Source: a virus | Lineage: Duplodnaviria; Caudoviricetes | Length of the DNA: 64,000 nucleotides | Virus record (IMG/VR): IMGVR_UViG_2834148589_000001 | Location: 7,655 to 71,654 of that record | Strand: one strand, 5' to 3' | In this document: positions 40,153 through 51,227 of the stretch, piece after piece | How positions within the stretch are numbered: position 1 is the stretch's first letter | How the letters are laid out: each line of letters opens with the position of its first letter | Position numbers and translations under genes: made by a program | The notes under the pieces: model-generated | The model's database searches: none | What the model was told of the DNA's origin: nothing | Seen by the model: the letters and a program-made list of their open reading frames with translations, nothing else

Positions 40153-40287
40153 ATGTGGGGAATTGCCTTCAGCCTCAACCCGCGCGCGTGGCGTCTCGGG
40201 AAACAGGATGCGCTCGAAGATGACGGGCGCGTCGTCGGCGTGTGGTGGTGCTTCGGCCCCATCGCGCTTTGCTACGACTACGAGTGA
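40153..40287 (+). CDS. Small hypothetical protein (44 aa)
   Basis: MWGIAFSLNPRAWRLG...WCFGP; GAAAGG upstream. Confidence 0.4.
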   Translation: MWGIAFSLNPRAWRLGKQDALEDDGRVVGVWWCFGPIALCYDYE

Positions 40288-40994
40288 ATCCACGGGTTGG
40301 GAAGCCTCGGATGCCCGGCGCGAGGGCGGTTTCGCGCAATCCTCCCTGTTCAACTCTGGGGCGGCTCAGGTCGCCTCAGCTTTTCCCCAGCCGCTTTCCT
40401 GCGAGCGCCTTTCGGGCGCTGGCACGAGCGCAGCCAGCAAGGACCAGCCCCATGCTTCTGATCGCAGCCTTTCTCTGGTGGCCGATGCCACCGCCCGAAT
40501 TTCGCCCCGTGCGCTGGCCCCCATGCCCGGCGCGCGTGATGCGGGGTCCGCATGGATCACCCCGGCATTCGCCGCAACCGCCGGTTCTGGGGATCGGTAT
40601 GGGGCCGCGTATGAGCGGATAGTTATTCAGCGCCGGGGCACCGCATCGCCCCGGCTAGTTCCGCCGCTTTCCGAAGGGCAGCTTCGCCATGGCCGTGCAC
40701 AGCCGTGGTCTCGCGATATGCGGGCTGTCCTTCCGAGCGCGGCACCCCATCAACCCCCCACCGCATCTGGACTGGTCGGCGCGGGCGGTTTGATTGGTCG
40801 GCGCTACCAGTGCGCCACACCCGGCGCCGGTGCTGCGCTCTTTCCATCCGGCGCTGTTGCCGGATCTGCGACCCATGACGGGCGCAGGCAAACCACCATG
40901 ATGGTGAAACAGGACTGGCGCAACGACGGCGGTCTGTCCCTTTGTCCACTCGTCGGGGCCAGCGCGGTCCCGGCGCTTTTCCCGGAGAAACTCG

Positions 40995-41222
40995 ATGCCG
41001 CTTAGCTACGCGAAAGCCGTTGACGCTCTGAAGGGCGGCGACCGGATCTTCGTCACCAACCCTGACCCGATGAAGTCGGACGACCGCCAACGGTTCCAGC
41101 TTATCGCCGCCGGGAAGTCTATCACGCGGACTCAATTCCTCAAGCTCACCGACAACCTCGAACCTATCCCGGATGGCCTCTTTGGCGCGGAAACCGCACA
41201 GACCTATCGCTGGAAGGACTGA
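40995..41222 (+). CDS. Hypothetical protein
   Basis: GGAG RBS; DGLFG..AQTYR. Confidence 0.6.
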   Translation: MPLSYAKAVDALKGGDRIFVTNPDPMKSDDRQRFQLIAAGKSITRTQFLKLTDNLEPIPDGLFGAETAQTYRWKD

Positions 41223-41227
41223 CCGGC

Positions 41228-41509
41228 ATGTCCATGTCGTTCATGTCTGCGCCCATGAAGGCTGCGAGCGCTTTGGCGCGTTCGGCTTTCGCGAGCCGGG
41301 GCACTCAGCAGACCGCAGAAGCACCTTCACAGCATGGGCCTGCGCTGAGCATCGCGCCGAAGTCGAAACCCGCTGGCAAGGCTGGATCGACAGTCGGAAA
41401 GCTCGAAACCCGGGAAGCCCTCGCAGCCCGCTACGCCCAGACCAAGAGCTACACGGACCTGCACAAGCTGAGACAGGCGACCATGGCGTGCTTGAGCAGG
41501 GGAGCCTGA
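41228..41509 (+). CDS. Hypothetical protein
   Basis: Operon position; frame ambiguous with 41173-41517. Confidence 0.35.
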   Translation: MSMSFMSAPMKAASALARSAFASRGTQQTAEAPSQHGPALSIAPKSKPAGKAGSTVGKLETREALAARYAQTKSYTDLHKLRQATMACLSRGA

Positions 41510-41513
41510 CGCT

Positions 41514-41936
41514 ATGACCAGCGTGCAGTTCACCATTCCCGGCAAGCCCTTCGGCAAGCAGCGCGCCCGCGCCACGGCCCGAGGCGGCTTCGCCCGCATG
41601 TACACGCCCAAGGAAACCGTATCCTTTGAACGCAGCGTAGGCACGATTGCCGCGCCGCTGTTCGCCCGCCCCATCACCGGTCCGGTGCGCCTGCGCATTA
41701 TCGCCGTCTTCGAGCCTGCCGCAAGCTGGTCGAAGAAAAAGCGCGCCACCCATCTTCACCGCCCCCACACCCAGAAGCCCGACTTGGACAACGTGGCCAA
41801 GGCCATCAAGGACGGCCTCAACCGCATTGCCTGGGCCGATGACAGCCAGGTCGCGGACCTTCACGTCGCGAAGCTCTGGGGGATCGCCGCATGCACGCAG
41901 GTCTGGGTCGAGCCCATGACCGAACAGAAGGACTGA
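41514..41936 (+). CDS. rusA: RusA family Holliday junction resolvase
   Basis: KPDLDNVAKAIKDGLN..WADDSQV. Confidence 0.92.
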   Translation: MTSVQFTIPGKPFGKQRARATARGGFARMYTPKETVSFERSVGTIAAPLFARPITGPVRLRIIAVFEPAASWSKKKRATHLHRPHTQKPDLDNVAKAIKDGLNRIAWADDSQVADLHVAKLWGIAACTQVWVEPMTEQKD

Positions 41937-41940
41937 CCCC

Positions 41941-42192
41941 ATGCCCGCCGAAACCGCCTATGACGTGACCGCCGACGAGCTGCGCGCTTTTGTCGAGCGC
42001 TACGAGCATCTCGAAGCCGAGAAAAAGGACATCGCGGACCAGCAGAAGGAAGTGATGGCCGAAGCGAAGGGCCGGGGCTACTCGGTCAAGGCCCTGCGCC
42101 GGGTCATCGCTGACCGGAAGAAGCGCGCCGACGAACTGGCCGAGGAAGAGGCCGTCGTTGACCTCTACAAAGCCGCGCTGGGGATGCAGTGA
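41941..42192 (+). CDS. GapR/DUF2312 family DNA-binding protein
   Basis: ELRAFVERYEHLEAEKKDI...AEAKGRGY...LYKAALGM. Confidence 0.88.
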   Translation: MPAETAYDVTADELRAFVERYEHLEAEKKDIADQQKEVMAEAKGRGYSVKALRRVIADRKKRADELAEEEAVVDLYKAALGMQ

Positions 42193-42240
42193 CCTGGCAA
42201 TCCATCGGACAGATCGCCCGCAGGCTCGTGGAGGCACAAA

Positions 42241-43625
42241 GTGACGCAAATCGTGCAGTTCCGGCAGGAAGAACAGATCCCGCACTCGGTTCCGGCGGAA
42301 CAGCAGATCCTCGGCGCGATGCTGTGCCGGCAGGATCTGATCCCGTCCATCATGGCGCGGGGCGGGGCTGACCTTTTCGCGGACCCCGTTCACGCCGCCA
42401 TTTTCGAGGCAGCACGGGCCAAGGACGCTCGAGGCGAACTCGCATCGCCGGTCACGCTGGCGCCGCAGCTGGCAGAGCATCTTTCCGAGCTTGGCGGCTC
42501 GCGATACCTCGCCCGCCTTGCTGGCGCCGCAGCGGGCCGCACGGCTGCGAAGGCATACATCGACCAGCTGGCGGACCTTCGCGACAAGCGGCGCATCGTG
42601 GCGGCGCTGAGCGAGGCGAGGGCGGCGATGGTCGAAAGCAGCGCGGCCACCGTCGCGGCGCAGCTGGAGGCCGCTCTGGCGGTCATCCAGCCTGCCGTCG
42701 GCGAGAATGGCCCTGTCTCGATGATGTCCGCCACCATGAAGGCCATGGAGCAGATCAGCGCCGCCTATGCCGGTGAGGATGACGGGTCGGTGAAGTCGGG
42801 AATCGGCGCGCTCGACACGTTGATTTCCGGCTTCTATCCCGGCGAATTGACGCTGATTGGCGGCCGCCCGTCGATGGGGAAAACTGCCGTCGCACTGCAA
42901 GCCGCTCTGCACGTTGCCCGGGCCGGTCACGGCGTCTGCATCGCCTCGCTCGAGATGAACCCCGAAGCCATGGCCGTGCGGGCGCTGTCCGAGGCCACGG
43001 CCAATGCCGGGAACGGGGTGAACTACTCGAGCATGCGCCGCGGTGAAATGGCGGAGCATCAGGTCGACACCCTGCGCAAGGTCGCGACCCCGGTTGCCGA
43101 TCTGCCGATCATGTTCCTGTCGCGCCAGCATTCCGACCTTGGCGCGCTCTATGCCGGAGCGAAGCAGGCAAAGCGGATGATGGGCGACAATCTCCGCCTG
43201 TTGGTGGTCGATTATGCCCAGCTTCTCAGGTCCAAGGCCAGCACGCGCTACGAGCAGATCACCGAGATCAGCATCGCGCTGAAGGCCCTTGCGGGTCAAC
43301 TGAATGTCCCTGTCATCGCGCTGTCCCAGTTGTCTCGATCGCTCGAGAGCCGGGAAGACAAGCGCCCCCAGCTTTCCGACCTTCGCGAAAGCGGCCAGCT
43401 CGAGCAGGACGCGGACTGCATCATCTTCTGCTACCGCGACGAATATTACCTCGAGCGCGAGCGCCCGGACGCTGACGATATCGAGGATTTCACGCTCTGG
43501 CAGCAGGCGATGGACAAGCAGCGGAACCGGCTCGAGCTGATCGTAGCCAAGCAGCGGCAGGGAAGCATCGGCACCGCGCGCCTCAAGTTCAACCCGGCAC
43601 TGAACACTATCTGGGAGGACGAGTG

Positions 43626-43629
<4 letters not shown>
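42241..43629 (+). CDS. dnaB: Replicative DNA helicase, phage-encoded
   Basis: GRPSMGKT, SLEM, VVDY, LSQLSR, DLRESGQLEQDAD. Confidence 0.95.
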
Positions 43630-44411
<782 letters not shown>

Positions 44412-44415
44412 AACG

Positions 44416-44793
44416 ATGACCCAGCACCCCCGCACCCTTGCAGAAGCCGCCGCGCTCGAGGTCGAAGCCGCCCGCCGGAACGGCCTGTACGGCGCCACAT
44501 GGGACACCAAGGCCAGGAGCCAGAACAACGCCGCCCAAGAGGACCGGCGCAAGGCCAAGCGCCACGCGGCCTGCCGACTGTACCTCGGCGCCTTGGCTGA
44601 TGGGGATCTGACCATCGCGGGGCTTGCGCGGGCCATTGGTCGCACGCCCTCGGCGGCATCGCAGCAATCCAAGATCATAGAGGCCGAGGGGCTGTTGCGT
44701 CGCTATTCACTCGGAGACCGCAGCTGGGCCGCCATCACCCCCGCCGGCAGGGCATGGCTCGCAGAGCATGACAGCGCGGGAGGCGAGGCATGA
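44416..44793 (+). CDS. wHTH protein
   Basis: LARAIGRTPSAASQ...ITPAGR. Confidence 0.65.
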   Translation: MTQHPRTLAEAAALEVEAARRNGLYGATWDTKARSQNNAAQEDRRKAKRHAACRLYLGALADGDLTIAGLARAIGRTPSAASQQSKIIEAEGLLRRYSLGDRSWAAITPAGRAWLAEHDSAGGEA

Positions 44794-45032
44794 CCGAACA
44801 CTACCGCATCAAGTGGGCGCGCGTCACCGTTTGCAACAGGTATGGATGCTGGAAAGAGCGCCGCTGCATTGCACAGCGCCGCGTGTCGATTCTGGGCTTC
44901 ATCCGCTTTTGGTGGCCGCTGGAGGACGGCGACTGGCGGATCGATGAAAGCCGATGCTACGCCGATATCGAGAACGACATGGCGGTGCGCGCTCCCCTGC
45001 CGGAGCCGCAACGGGTGAGGCCCGAAGCATGA
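44790..45032 (+). CDS. Hypothetical protein
   Basis: ATGA-coupled. Confidence 0.5.
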   Translation: MTEHYRIKWARVTVCNRYGCWKERRCIAQRRVSILGFIRFWWPLEDGDWRIDESRCYADIENDMAVRAPLPEPQRVRPEA

Positions 45033-45184
45033 AGCGCGCCATGGACGAGATCCGCCTCTTGCTCTCCGACAAGCTGCTGCTCTGGGCGCTGGCCATCGCT
45101 CCCGCTGATCACCCCGAGACCGAGGAACTGGCCTCATCGCTGCACTGGCTGTTCGCCAAGAAGCTCCGCCGGTTCACCCGATAA
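45029..45184 (+). CDS. Small hypothetical protein
   Basis: ATGA-coupled. Confidence 0.45.
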   Translation: MKRAMDEIRLLLSDKLLLWALAIAPADHPETEELASSLHWLFAKKLRRFTR

Positions 45185-45210
45185 TCACACGCGCACAAAG
45201 CGAGGGACAC

Positions 45211-45801
45211 ATGACCATGCACAGCAGCTATTTCATCGGGCAGGTGATCCAGCCGGAACCCACACGCCCGATCCAAGTCGGGGACATCGGCACGCCCACG
45301 TGGTACGCATTCCTTACCACGCCCCAGAAGGAAGGCTCGGCCAAAGCGTGGCTGGAAAAGAAGGGCGTCGAGGCGTGGTATCCGACCGAAACCCGCTGGC
45401 GCAAGATCGCCAAAGGGAAGATCAAGCGGAAGGAATACGAGGCGGTCCTTGTCCCTCGGTACATCTTCGCCCGGTTCACTGGCCGGCCGCAATGGGACCT
45501 GCTGAAAGCCAGCCGGTGGCTGACCGGCGTTGTCGGAATCGACGGCGTTCCCCTTCCGATCACCGACGAAACCCTGGCCGCAATGGAGCAGGTGCCCGCT
45601 CGACTGGCAGAGATCCGCGCCCGTGAGGAGGAGCGGCGCACGATCCGCCCCGGCGATCGGGTGCGCATCCGTGATGGAGCGATGGAGGGGTGGGTGGTCG
45701 AGGTTCGCAGCATCCACGCTGGTATTGCCCGCTTCATCGTCCCTTTGATGGGTGACCGCGAGACCGAGATGCAGGTTGATCGTCTTTCGAAGCAACAATG
45801 A
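45211..45801 (+). CDS. NusG/RfaH-like late antiterminator
   Basis: WYAF, PRYIF NGN domain, KOW GDRVRIRDG. Confidence 0.88.
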   Translation: MTMHSSYFIGQVIQPEPTRPIQVGDIGTPTWYAFLTTPQKEGSAKAWLEKKGVEAWYPTETRWRKIAKGKIKRKEYEAVLVPRYIFARFTGRPQWDLLKASRWLTGVVGIDGVPLPITDETLAAMEQVPARLAEIRAREEERRTIRPGDRVRIRDGAMEGWVVEVRSIHAGIARFIVPLMGDRETEMQVDRLSKQQ

Positions 45802-45802
45802 C

Positions 45803-45830
45803 TTGCGCGATGGTCAACCTATGGTATCTT
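45803..45830 (+). promoter_or_regulatory. Putative late promoter
   Basis: TTGCGC-16-TATCTT just after the antiterminator gene. Confidence 0.5.
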
Positions 45831-46001
45831 GGGCGCACCCGGTGACGGTCGGTAGCCGGGGCGCCCTCGATATACGAGGCAGCGTTGCGGCACCGAGGGA
45901 CAAAGCCGAGGCCCTGCATCATGCAACGCCACAACGGAGAAATTGCGCCCAGCCGATAGATTGACACGCTCCCGCCCGGTACGCCGCGCGGGGTTTTGTT
46001 T

Positions 46002-46169
46002 CTACTCCCTCACATCCTCGGTTCCTTCGAGTATCTCCAGAACACGGACGATCAGCGCAGCGGCGGTGTGCCTATCCACCCCGCAGTCGATGGCCGCTTT
46101 CCCGATAGCGTGCGCTACCTCGTCATACCCAGCCCGAGGGGTGGGGTCGGGTAGCCCGGTATCTGGCAT
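46002..46169 (-). CDS. Small accessory protein
   Basis: AGGAGG RBS before MPDT. Confidence 0.45.
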   Translation of the reverse strand: MPDTGLPDPTPRAGYDEVAHAIGKAAIDCGVDRHTAAALIVRVLEILEGTEDVRE

Positions 46170-46267
46170 TTCATGGTCCTCCTGCCGAGAAGGCACGATT
46201 TTTGCCATGCAGAAGGTGATTCTGGAAGCTTGTTCAACACCTTGGAAAAGCCAAACTGGAGAACGAC

Positions 46268-46771
46268 ATGGCCGACCCCGCCAAAGGGCCGGGCGGCAAG
46301 CTGACGCCGAAGCAAGAAGCCTTCGCCCTCGCATTCTTTGAGACCGGCAACGCCGCTGAGGCCTACCGTCGCGCCTATGACGTGAGCGAGAATGCCCGCG
46401 ATCATTGGATCTACGTCGAGGCCGGACAGCTCCTCGACCACCCTGAGGTTACCCTGAGGCTCCAAGAGCTTCGTGAGCACGCCGAGCGGCATGCCATCTA
46501 CACCCGGCAGAAGGCCATGGAAGAGCTGGAGGAAGCCCGCGAAACGGCAAGGGTGAACGCCCAGGCCGCCGCTATGGTCAGCGCCACATCGGCCAAGATC
46601 AAGCTGCTGGGCCTCGATAAGCCCGCGCGGCTGGAGGTCACGAGCCCGGACGGCAGCATGAGCCCCAAGCCTGCCGTCCTGCTGGCCAACCTGTCGGACG
46701 AGGAGCTCGCCCAGCTTGAACGCCTTACCGACAAAGCGCGACATTCAGAGGGAGTGGGCGAGAAGGAATAG
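46268..46771 (+). CDS. Terminase small subunit
   Basis: LTPKQEAF...NAAEAYRRAY. Confidence 0.9.
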   Translation: MADPAKGPGGKLTPKQEAFALAFFETGNAAEAYRRAYDVSENARDHWIYVEAGQLLDHPEVTLRLQELREHAERHAIYTRQKAMEELEEARETARVNAQAAAMVSATSAKIKLLGLDKPARLEVTSPDGSMSPKPAVLLANLSDEELAQLERLTDKARHSEGVGEKE

Positions 46772-48176
46772 CCTCGGCTTCGCCCGGTTCTTCTTCCCGG
46801 CCCGAGAGGGCATGGACCTGATCGAGGGGCCTCACCATCGGGTGATCGGCGCCACGCTTGACCGCGTGCTGGCCGGGGAAATTACGCGGCTGCTGATCAC
46901 GCTCCCGCCCGGCTACACCAAGACCGAAATGGCGGTGGTAAACTTCATCGCCAGGGGCTTTGCCATCAACCCGGCGGCGCGGTTTATCCACGCGACCTTT
47001 TCAGACGACCTCGCCCGGGAGAACAGCGACAAGATCAAGAGCCTGATCGAGCTTCCCGAGTTCAGCGAAATTCAGCGGGTTACCATCCGGTCAGACACAA
47101 GCGCAAAGGATCGCTGGAAGACCAATGAGGGCGGCGGGATGCTCGCCAAGGCCGCAGGCGGTCCGATCACCGGCTTTCGGGCCGGGTACATGGACAAGGC
47201 GGTGTTCACCGGTGCGCTCGTGGTGGACGATCCGCTCAAGCCCGACGACGCATTCAGCCCAGCGAAGCGCGCCGCGGTCAACAAGAGGGCGACCAACACC
47301 TTCCGCAGCCGACTTGCGCACGAGGGCGTGCCCATCGTGGTCATCATGCAGCGCCTGCACGGCGACGATTTCGCTGGGCACCTTCTGAAAGGCGGAACCG
47401 GCGAGGTCTGGGATCACCTCGATCTGCCGGTGCTGATCGACCGCAGCGCGGAATACCCGAAGGAATGGACACACGGGCGCCCTGTGCCGCACGACCTACC
47501 GGATGGCCCGCTCTGGCCGGAAAAGCATTCCGAGGCAGAGATCGAGGTCTTGAAGGCCGACGCCTATACCTTTGCCAGCCAGTACATGCAGCGCCCTGTC
47601 GGTATCGAGGGCGCGCTGTTCAACATGGACGGCTTCGAATGGTGGTCCGAACTGCCTGAGTTCGAGTGGACGTGCATGTTCGCGGACACCGCGATGAAGA
47701 CCGGCGAGCGGAACGACTATTCCGTGATTCAGCTATGGGGGAAGGCAGCGCGCGGGATTTACCTGATCGACCAGGTGCGCGGCAAATGGGAAGCGCCAGA
47801 GCTAGAGCGCACCGCGCTGGCGTTCTGGGCCAAGGCAAAGGCTGGGGGCTATCACCCGCGCGGCCTGCGCGTCGAGGACAAGGCATCTGGAACGGGCCTT
47901 ATCCAGTCCATTCGTCGGCAGGGGAACATCCCCATCACCGGTATCAAGCGGGAGCGGGACAAGTTCACGCGCGGGCTGGACGCATCGCCTTGGATTGCCA
48001 GCGGCCAGGTCTTTCTGCCGGCCAACGCGCAATGGACCCCCGCGCTGCGCCATGAGCTGCAGATCTTCGACGGCCTCGGCGCGGGGCATGACGACCAGGT
48101 GGATCCGCTGATGGATGCCATCAATGAAATGCTGGACGGCCGGAAGGTCGGCTACACCTATTCCATCGCGCTCTAA
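46716..48176 (+). CDS. Terminase large subunit
   Basis: PPGYTKT, VVDDP, MQRLH, IYLID, HDDQVD. Confidence 0.93.
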   Translation: MNALPTKRDIQREWARRNSLGFARFFFPAREGMDLIEGPHHRVIGATLDRVLAGEITRLLITLPPGYTKTEMAVVNFIARGFAINPAARFIHATFSDDLARENSDKIKSLIELPEFSEIQRVTIRSDTSAKDRWKTNEGGGMLAKAAGGPITGFRAGYMDKAVFTGALVVDDPLKPDDAFSPAKRAAVNKRATNTFRSRLAHEGVPIVVIMQRLHGDDFAGHLLKGGTGEVWDHLDLPVLIDRSAEYPKEWTHGRPVPHDLPDGPLWPEKHSEAEIEVLKADAYTFASQYMQRPVGIEGALFNMDGFEWWSELPEFEWTCMFADTAMKTGERNDYSVIQLWGKAARGIYLIDQVRGKWEAPELERTALAFWAKAKAGGYHPRGLRVEDKASGTGLIQSIRRQGNIPITGIKRERDKFTRGLDASPWIASGQVFLPANAQWTPALRHELQIFDGLGAGHDDQVDPLMDAINEMLDGRKVGYTYSIAL

Positions 48177-48185
48177 GGGGGCGGC

Positions 48186-50060
48186 ATGACCAAACCGCAC
48201 TACCGCCGCACCGCCGATGGCCGCACCGTCATGTTGCACGATGGGTATCGCAATCTTGTCGCCAATCTCGGCACCGATCGCGACAAGGCCTATCACGGCA
48301 GCTATGTGCTGAACCTGCTGGACGCGCATTCCCTGCTGACGATCTACCGATCCGCATGGTTGCCTCAGGCCATCGTGGACATCCCGGCCCTGGACGCGGT
48401 GCGCAACTGGCGCTCGTGGCAAGCAAAGCCGGATCAGATCACGCAGCTGGAAGCCGAGGAAAGGCGGCTTGGCCTGCGCGAGAAGACGCGCGATGCCCTC
48501 AAGGCCGCTCGTCTCTACGGCGGTGCCGGCATCCTCATGCTGGACGGCTCGTCTGACCCGACGAAGCCGTTGAACCCCGAGCGGATCAGGAAAGGCGGCC
48601 TGAAGGGGCTTGTCGTCGTGACGCCCATGCAGATCTCGCCGGGCGAGATCGAGCGCGACCCCGAGAGCCCATTCTATGGGCGCCCTGCCTATTACAGCCT
48701 GTCCACCGGCACCAAGGCGGCAGAGCAAATCCACCCCTCCCGTCTTGCTGTCTTCGATGGTGTCCCGGTGCCCGATGCGGCGACCGTGTCGACGGGGTGG
48801 GGCGACAGCGTTCTGCTCGCCGCGATGGACGCGATCAATCACGCCGATGGCTTTGTGGCGAATGTCGCGGCACTGGCGCACGAGGCCAAGATTGACGTGA
48901 TCCACATCCCGCGCCTCATGGAAATGCTGGCGTCGGGGCAGGAGGCTGCAATCACCGAGCGCTTGATGCTCGGCATGAGGAACAAGGGGACGAATGGCGC
49001 CCTGGTGTTGGACGGGGGCGGCACCATTCCCGGCTCGTCCGAGGTGCGCGGCAAGGAGGAATACGAGCAGAAATCCGCGAGCTTCAGCGGCCTCGATGCG
49101 CTCTGGGATCGCTTCATGATGGTGGTCTCGGGCGCAACGAAGCTTCCGATCCCGGTGTCACGGATCTTCGGTCGCTCCGCTGCAGGGATGAATGCCACCG
49201 GCGACGGTGACGAGCGGGTTTACTTCGATGGCGTCAAGGCCATGCAGGAGCTGGAAGTGGGCCCGGCCATGGCAGCGCTGGACGAATGCCTGATCCGCTC
49301 CGCGCTTGGGGCGAGGCCTGCAGAAATCTTCTACGCATGGCGCCCGCTGCGCCAGGAAACCGAGGAAACTAAGGCCAAGGTCTTCAAGATGGTGGCCGAT
49401 GCTGCGCGGGTTCTGGCCGGCCCGAACGGGATGATCCTGCCCGAGGAAGCCATTTCGGAGGCCGTCGCCAATCGCCTGATCGAAGACGGCTCGCTGCCCG
49501 GCCTTGAGGCGGCAATGGAGAAATACAACTGGCTGCCGGATGACAGCGATGGTTCGCCGGGCCAAAGTCCCGATGGCTCAGACAGCGCCGTGGTGACGGA
49601 CAGCGCGCCCCGCACGCTCTACGTCAGCCGCAAGGTTCTTAATGCCGGGGAAATCATCCGCTGGGCCAAGTCGCAGGGCTTTGGCAAGACGCTCAACGCG
49701 TCCGATCTGCATGTGACGGTCGCGTTTAGCCGGACGCCGGTTGACTGGATGGAATGTGGCGAAAGCTGGCAGGGCCGGGTCGAGGTAGAGGCAGGCGGGC
49801 CGAGGCAAATGGAGCGCTTCGGCGAGGCGCGTGTCCTGCTGTTTGCCAGCAACGACCTGCATTGGCGACATGAGCGCTTCAAGGAAGCAGGAGCTTCGTG
49901 GGATCACCCACAATACCAGCCTCACATCACCATCAGCTACGACCCGGAGGCGCCGAGCATCGACGATATCGAGCCTTACCAGGGGCCGATCATCCTCGGG
50001 CCGGAGATCTTCGCGGAGGTCCAAGAAGACTGGGCCGCGCGCATCGAGGAAACAGAATGA
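48186..50060 (+). CDS. Portal protein (DUF1073) fused to C-terminal 2H phosphoesterase (Acb1-like)
   Basis: ARLYGG and GMNATGDGD portal motifs; C-terminal HVTV and HITI motifs. Confidence 0.85.
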   Translation: MTKPHYRRTADGRTVMLHDGYRNLVANLGTDRDKAYHGSYVLNLLDAHSLLTIYRSAWLPQAIVDIPALDAVRNWRSWQAKPDQITQLEAEERRLGLREKTRDALKAARLYGGAGILMLDGSSDPTKPLNPERIRKGGLKGLVVVTPMQISPGEIERDPESPFYGRPAYYSLSTGTKAAEQIHPSRLAVFDGVPVPDAATVSTGWGDSVLLAAMDAINHADGFVANVAALAHEAKIDVIHIPRLMEMLASGQEAAITERLMLGMRNKGTNGALVLDGGGTIPGSSEVRGKEEYEQKSASFSGLDALWDRFMMVVSGATKLPIPVSRIFGRSAAGMNATGDGDERVYFDGVKAMQELEVGPAMAALDECLIRSALGARPAEIFYAWRPLRQETEETKAKVFKMVADAARVLAGPNGMILPEEAISEAVANRLIEDGSLPGLEAAMEKYNWLPDDSDGSPGQSPDGSDSAVVTDSAPRTLYVSRKVLNAGEIIRWAKSQGFGKTLNASDLHVTVAFSRTPVDWMECGESWQGRVEVEAGGPRQMERFGEARVLLFASNDLHWRHERFKEAGASWDHPQYQPHITISYDPEAPSIDDIEPYQGPIILGPEIFAEVQEDWAARIEETE

Positions 50061-51214
50061 CCACGCACCGCTTCAGAGACAGCATGTTCACGGATGGCGA
50101 GATGCGCCAGACCGATGACGGCTGGGTCGTGCAGGCCCGTGTCGCCCGGGGCGGCAATGTGCAGGCCTATCGCGGCTCCGAGATGGGGCTGATGGATCGC
50201 GATATCGTCCGCGTCTATCGCCCCGCCGCTGAGGTTTTCGACCGCAAGGCCTTTCAGACCTATGCTCGGAAACCGATCACCATCGGGCACCCGGCAGAGG
50301 GCGTCACCCCGGAGACGTGGAAAGACCTCGCGGTCGGGGAAATCGACAGGGATGTCGTCCGCGACGGCGAGTTCGTCAGCGTTCCTCTTCTGTTCCGGGA
50401 TGCAAAGGCCGTGGCCCTGCTGAACAGCGGCGGGCCGCGCGAGCTCTCCATGGGCTATGACGCCTCGGTCGAGTTTCGTGACGGGGTCACGCCGGATGGC
50501 GAGCCCTACGACGCGGTGATGTCTGATTTCCGCATGAACCATGTTGCCGTCGTGTCGAATGCGCGCGGCGGCTCAGAACTCCGCATCGGTGACGGTGCGG
50601 CCAAGTGGGGCGCCAGCCCCGTCCATGACGCAGGAAAGGAGGTCCCCATGACCCTGCGCAAGATCATGGTGGATGGGCTCGAGGTCGAGACGACCGACGC
50701 GGGCGCCGCCGCCATCAACAAGCTGACCACCGATGCCGAGAAGGCGAAGGCCATTGCCGACAAGGCGCTGGCCGATGCCGTGGCGGACCACCAGAAGCAG
50801 ATCGCGGCGAAGGATGCCGAGATCGCCAAGGTGGAAGCCGAGCGCGACGACCTGAAGGCGAAGGTGGTTTCGGACGCCGATCTCGACAAGCTGGTCGCGG
50901 CCCGGGCCGATCTGATTGGCACCGCCAAGGCCATCGCGGACGCCGATTACACCGGCAAGTCCGAGGCGGAAATCCGCAAGGCGGCCGTCGCGGCGAAGCT
51001 GGGCGATGCGGCGGTGGCGGACAAGTCCGATGCCTATATCGAGGCCCGTTTCGATATCCTGGCCGAAGACGCCGCTCCGGCCGACCCGCTGCGTGGCGCG
51101 CTAAAGGACGCCAAACCCGTCAAGGCCGCCCGCGCCCTCGCCGATGAGGCGCGCGCCGCCCGTCACAAATCGCTGACCGAGGGCTGGAATGCCCCGGTCG
51201 ATGTGAAGCACTGA
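50057..51214 (+). CDS. Prohead protease/scaffold, DUF2213
   Basis: VYRP, PITIGHP, ELSMGY, NHVAVV..ARGG. Confidence 0.92.
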   Translation: MTTHRFRDSMFTDGEMRQTDDGWVVQARVARGGNVQAYRGSEMGLMDRDIVRVYRPAAEVFDRKAFQTYARKPITIGHPAEGVTPETWKDLAVGEIDRDVVRDGEFVSVPLLFRDAKAVALLNSGGPRELSMGYDASVEFRDGVTPDGEPYDAVMSDFRMNHVAVVSNARGGSELRIGDGAAKWGASPVHDAGKEVPMTLRKIMVDGLEVETTDAGAAAINKLTTDAEKAKAIADKALADAVADHQKQIAAKDAEIAKVEAERDDLKAKVVSDADLDKLVAARADLIGTAKAIADADYTGKSEAEIRKAAVAAKLGDAAVADKSDAYIEARFDILAEDAAPADPLRGALKDAKPVKAARALADEARAARHKSLTEGWNAPVDVKH

Positions 51215-51227
51215 GGAGGCCCTGAAC

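Noticed and set aside
39377-41005. 542-aa ORF
   Set aside because: No recognisable motifs, low-complexity composition, and it overlaps better-supported small genes and a terminator
50345-50373. Gapped match of unit 1 to the prohead protease gene (DRDVVRDGEF)
   Set aside because: Only 13/20; the last four dinucleotides match but this is within chance expectation
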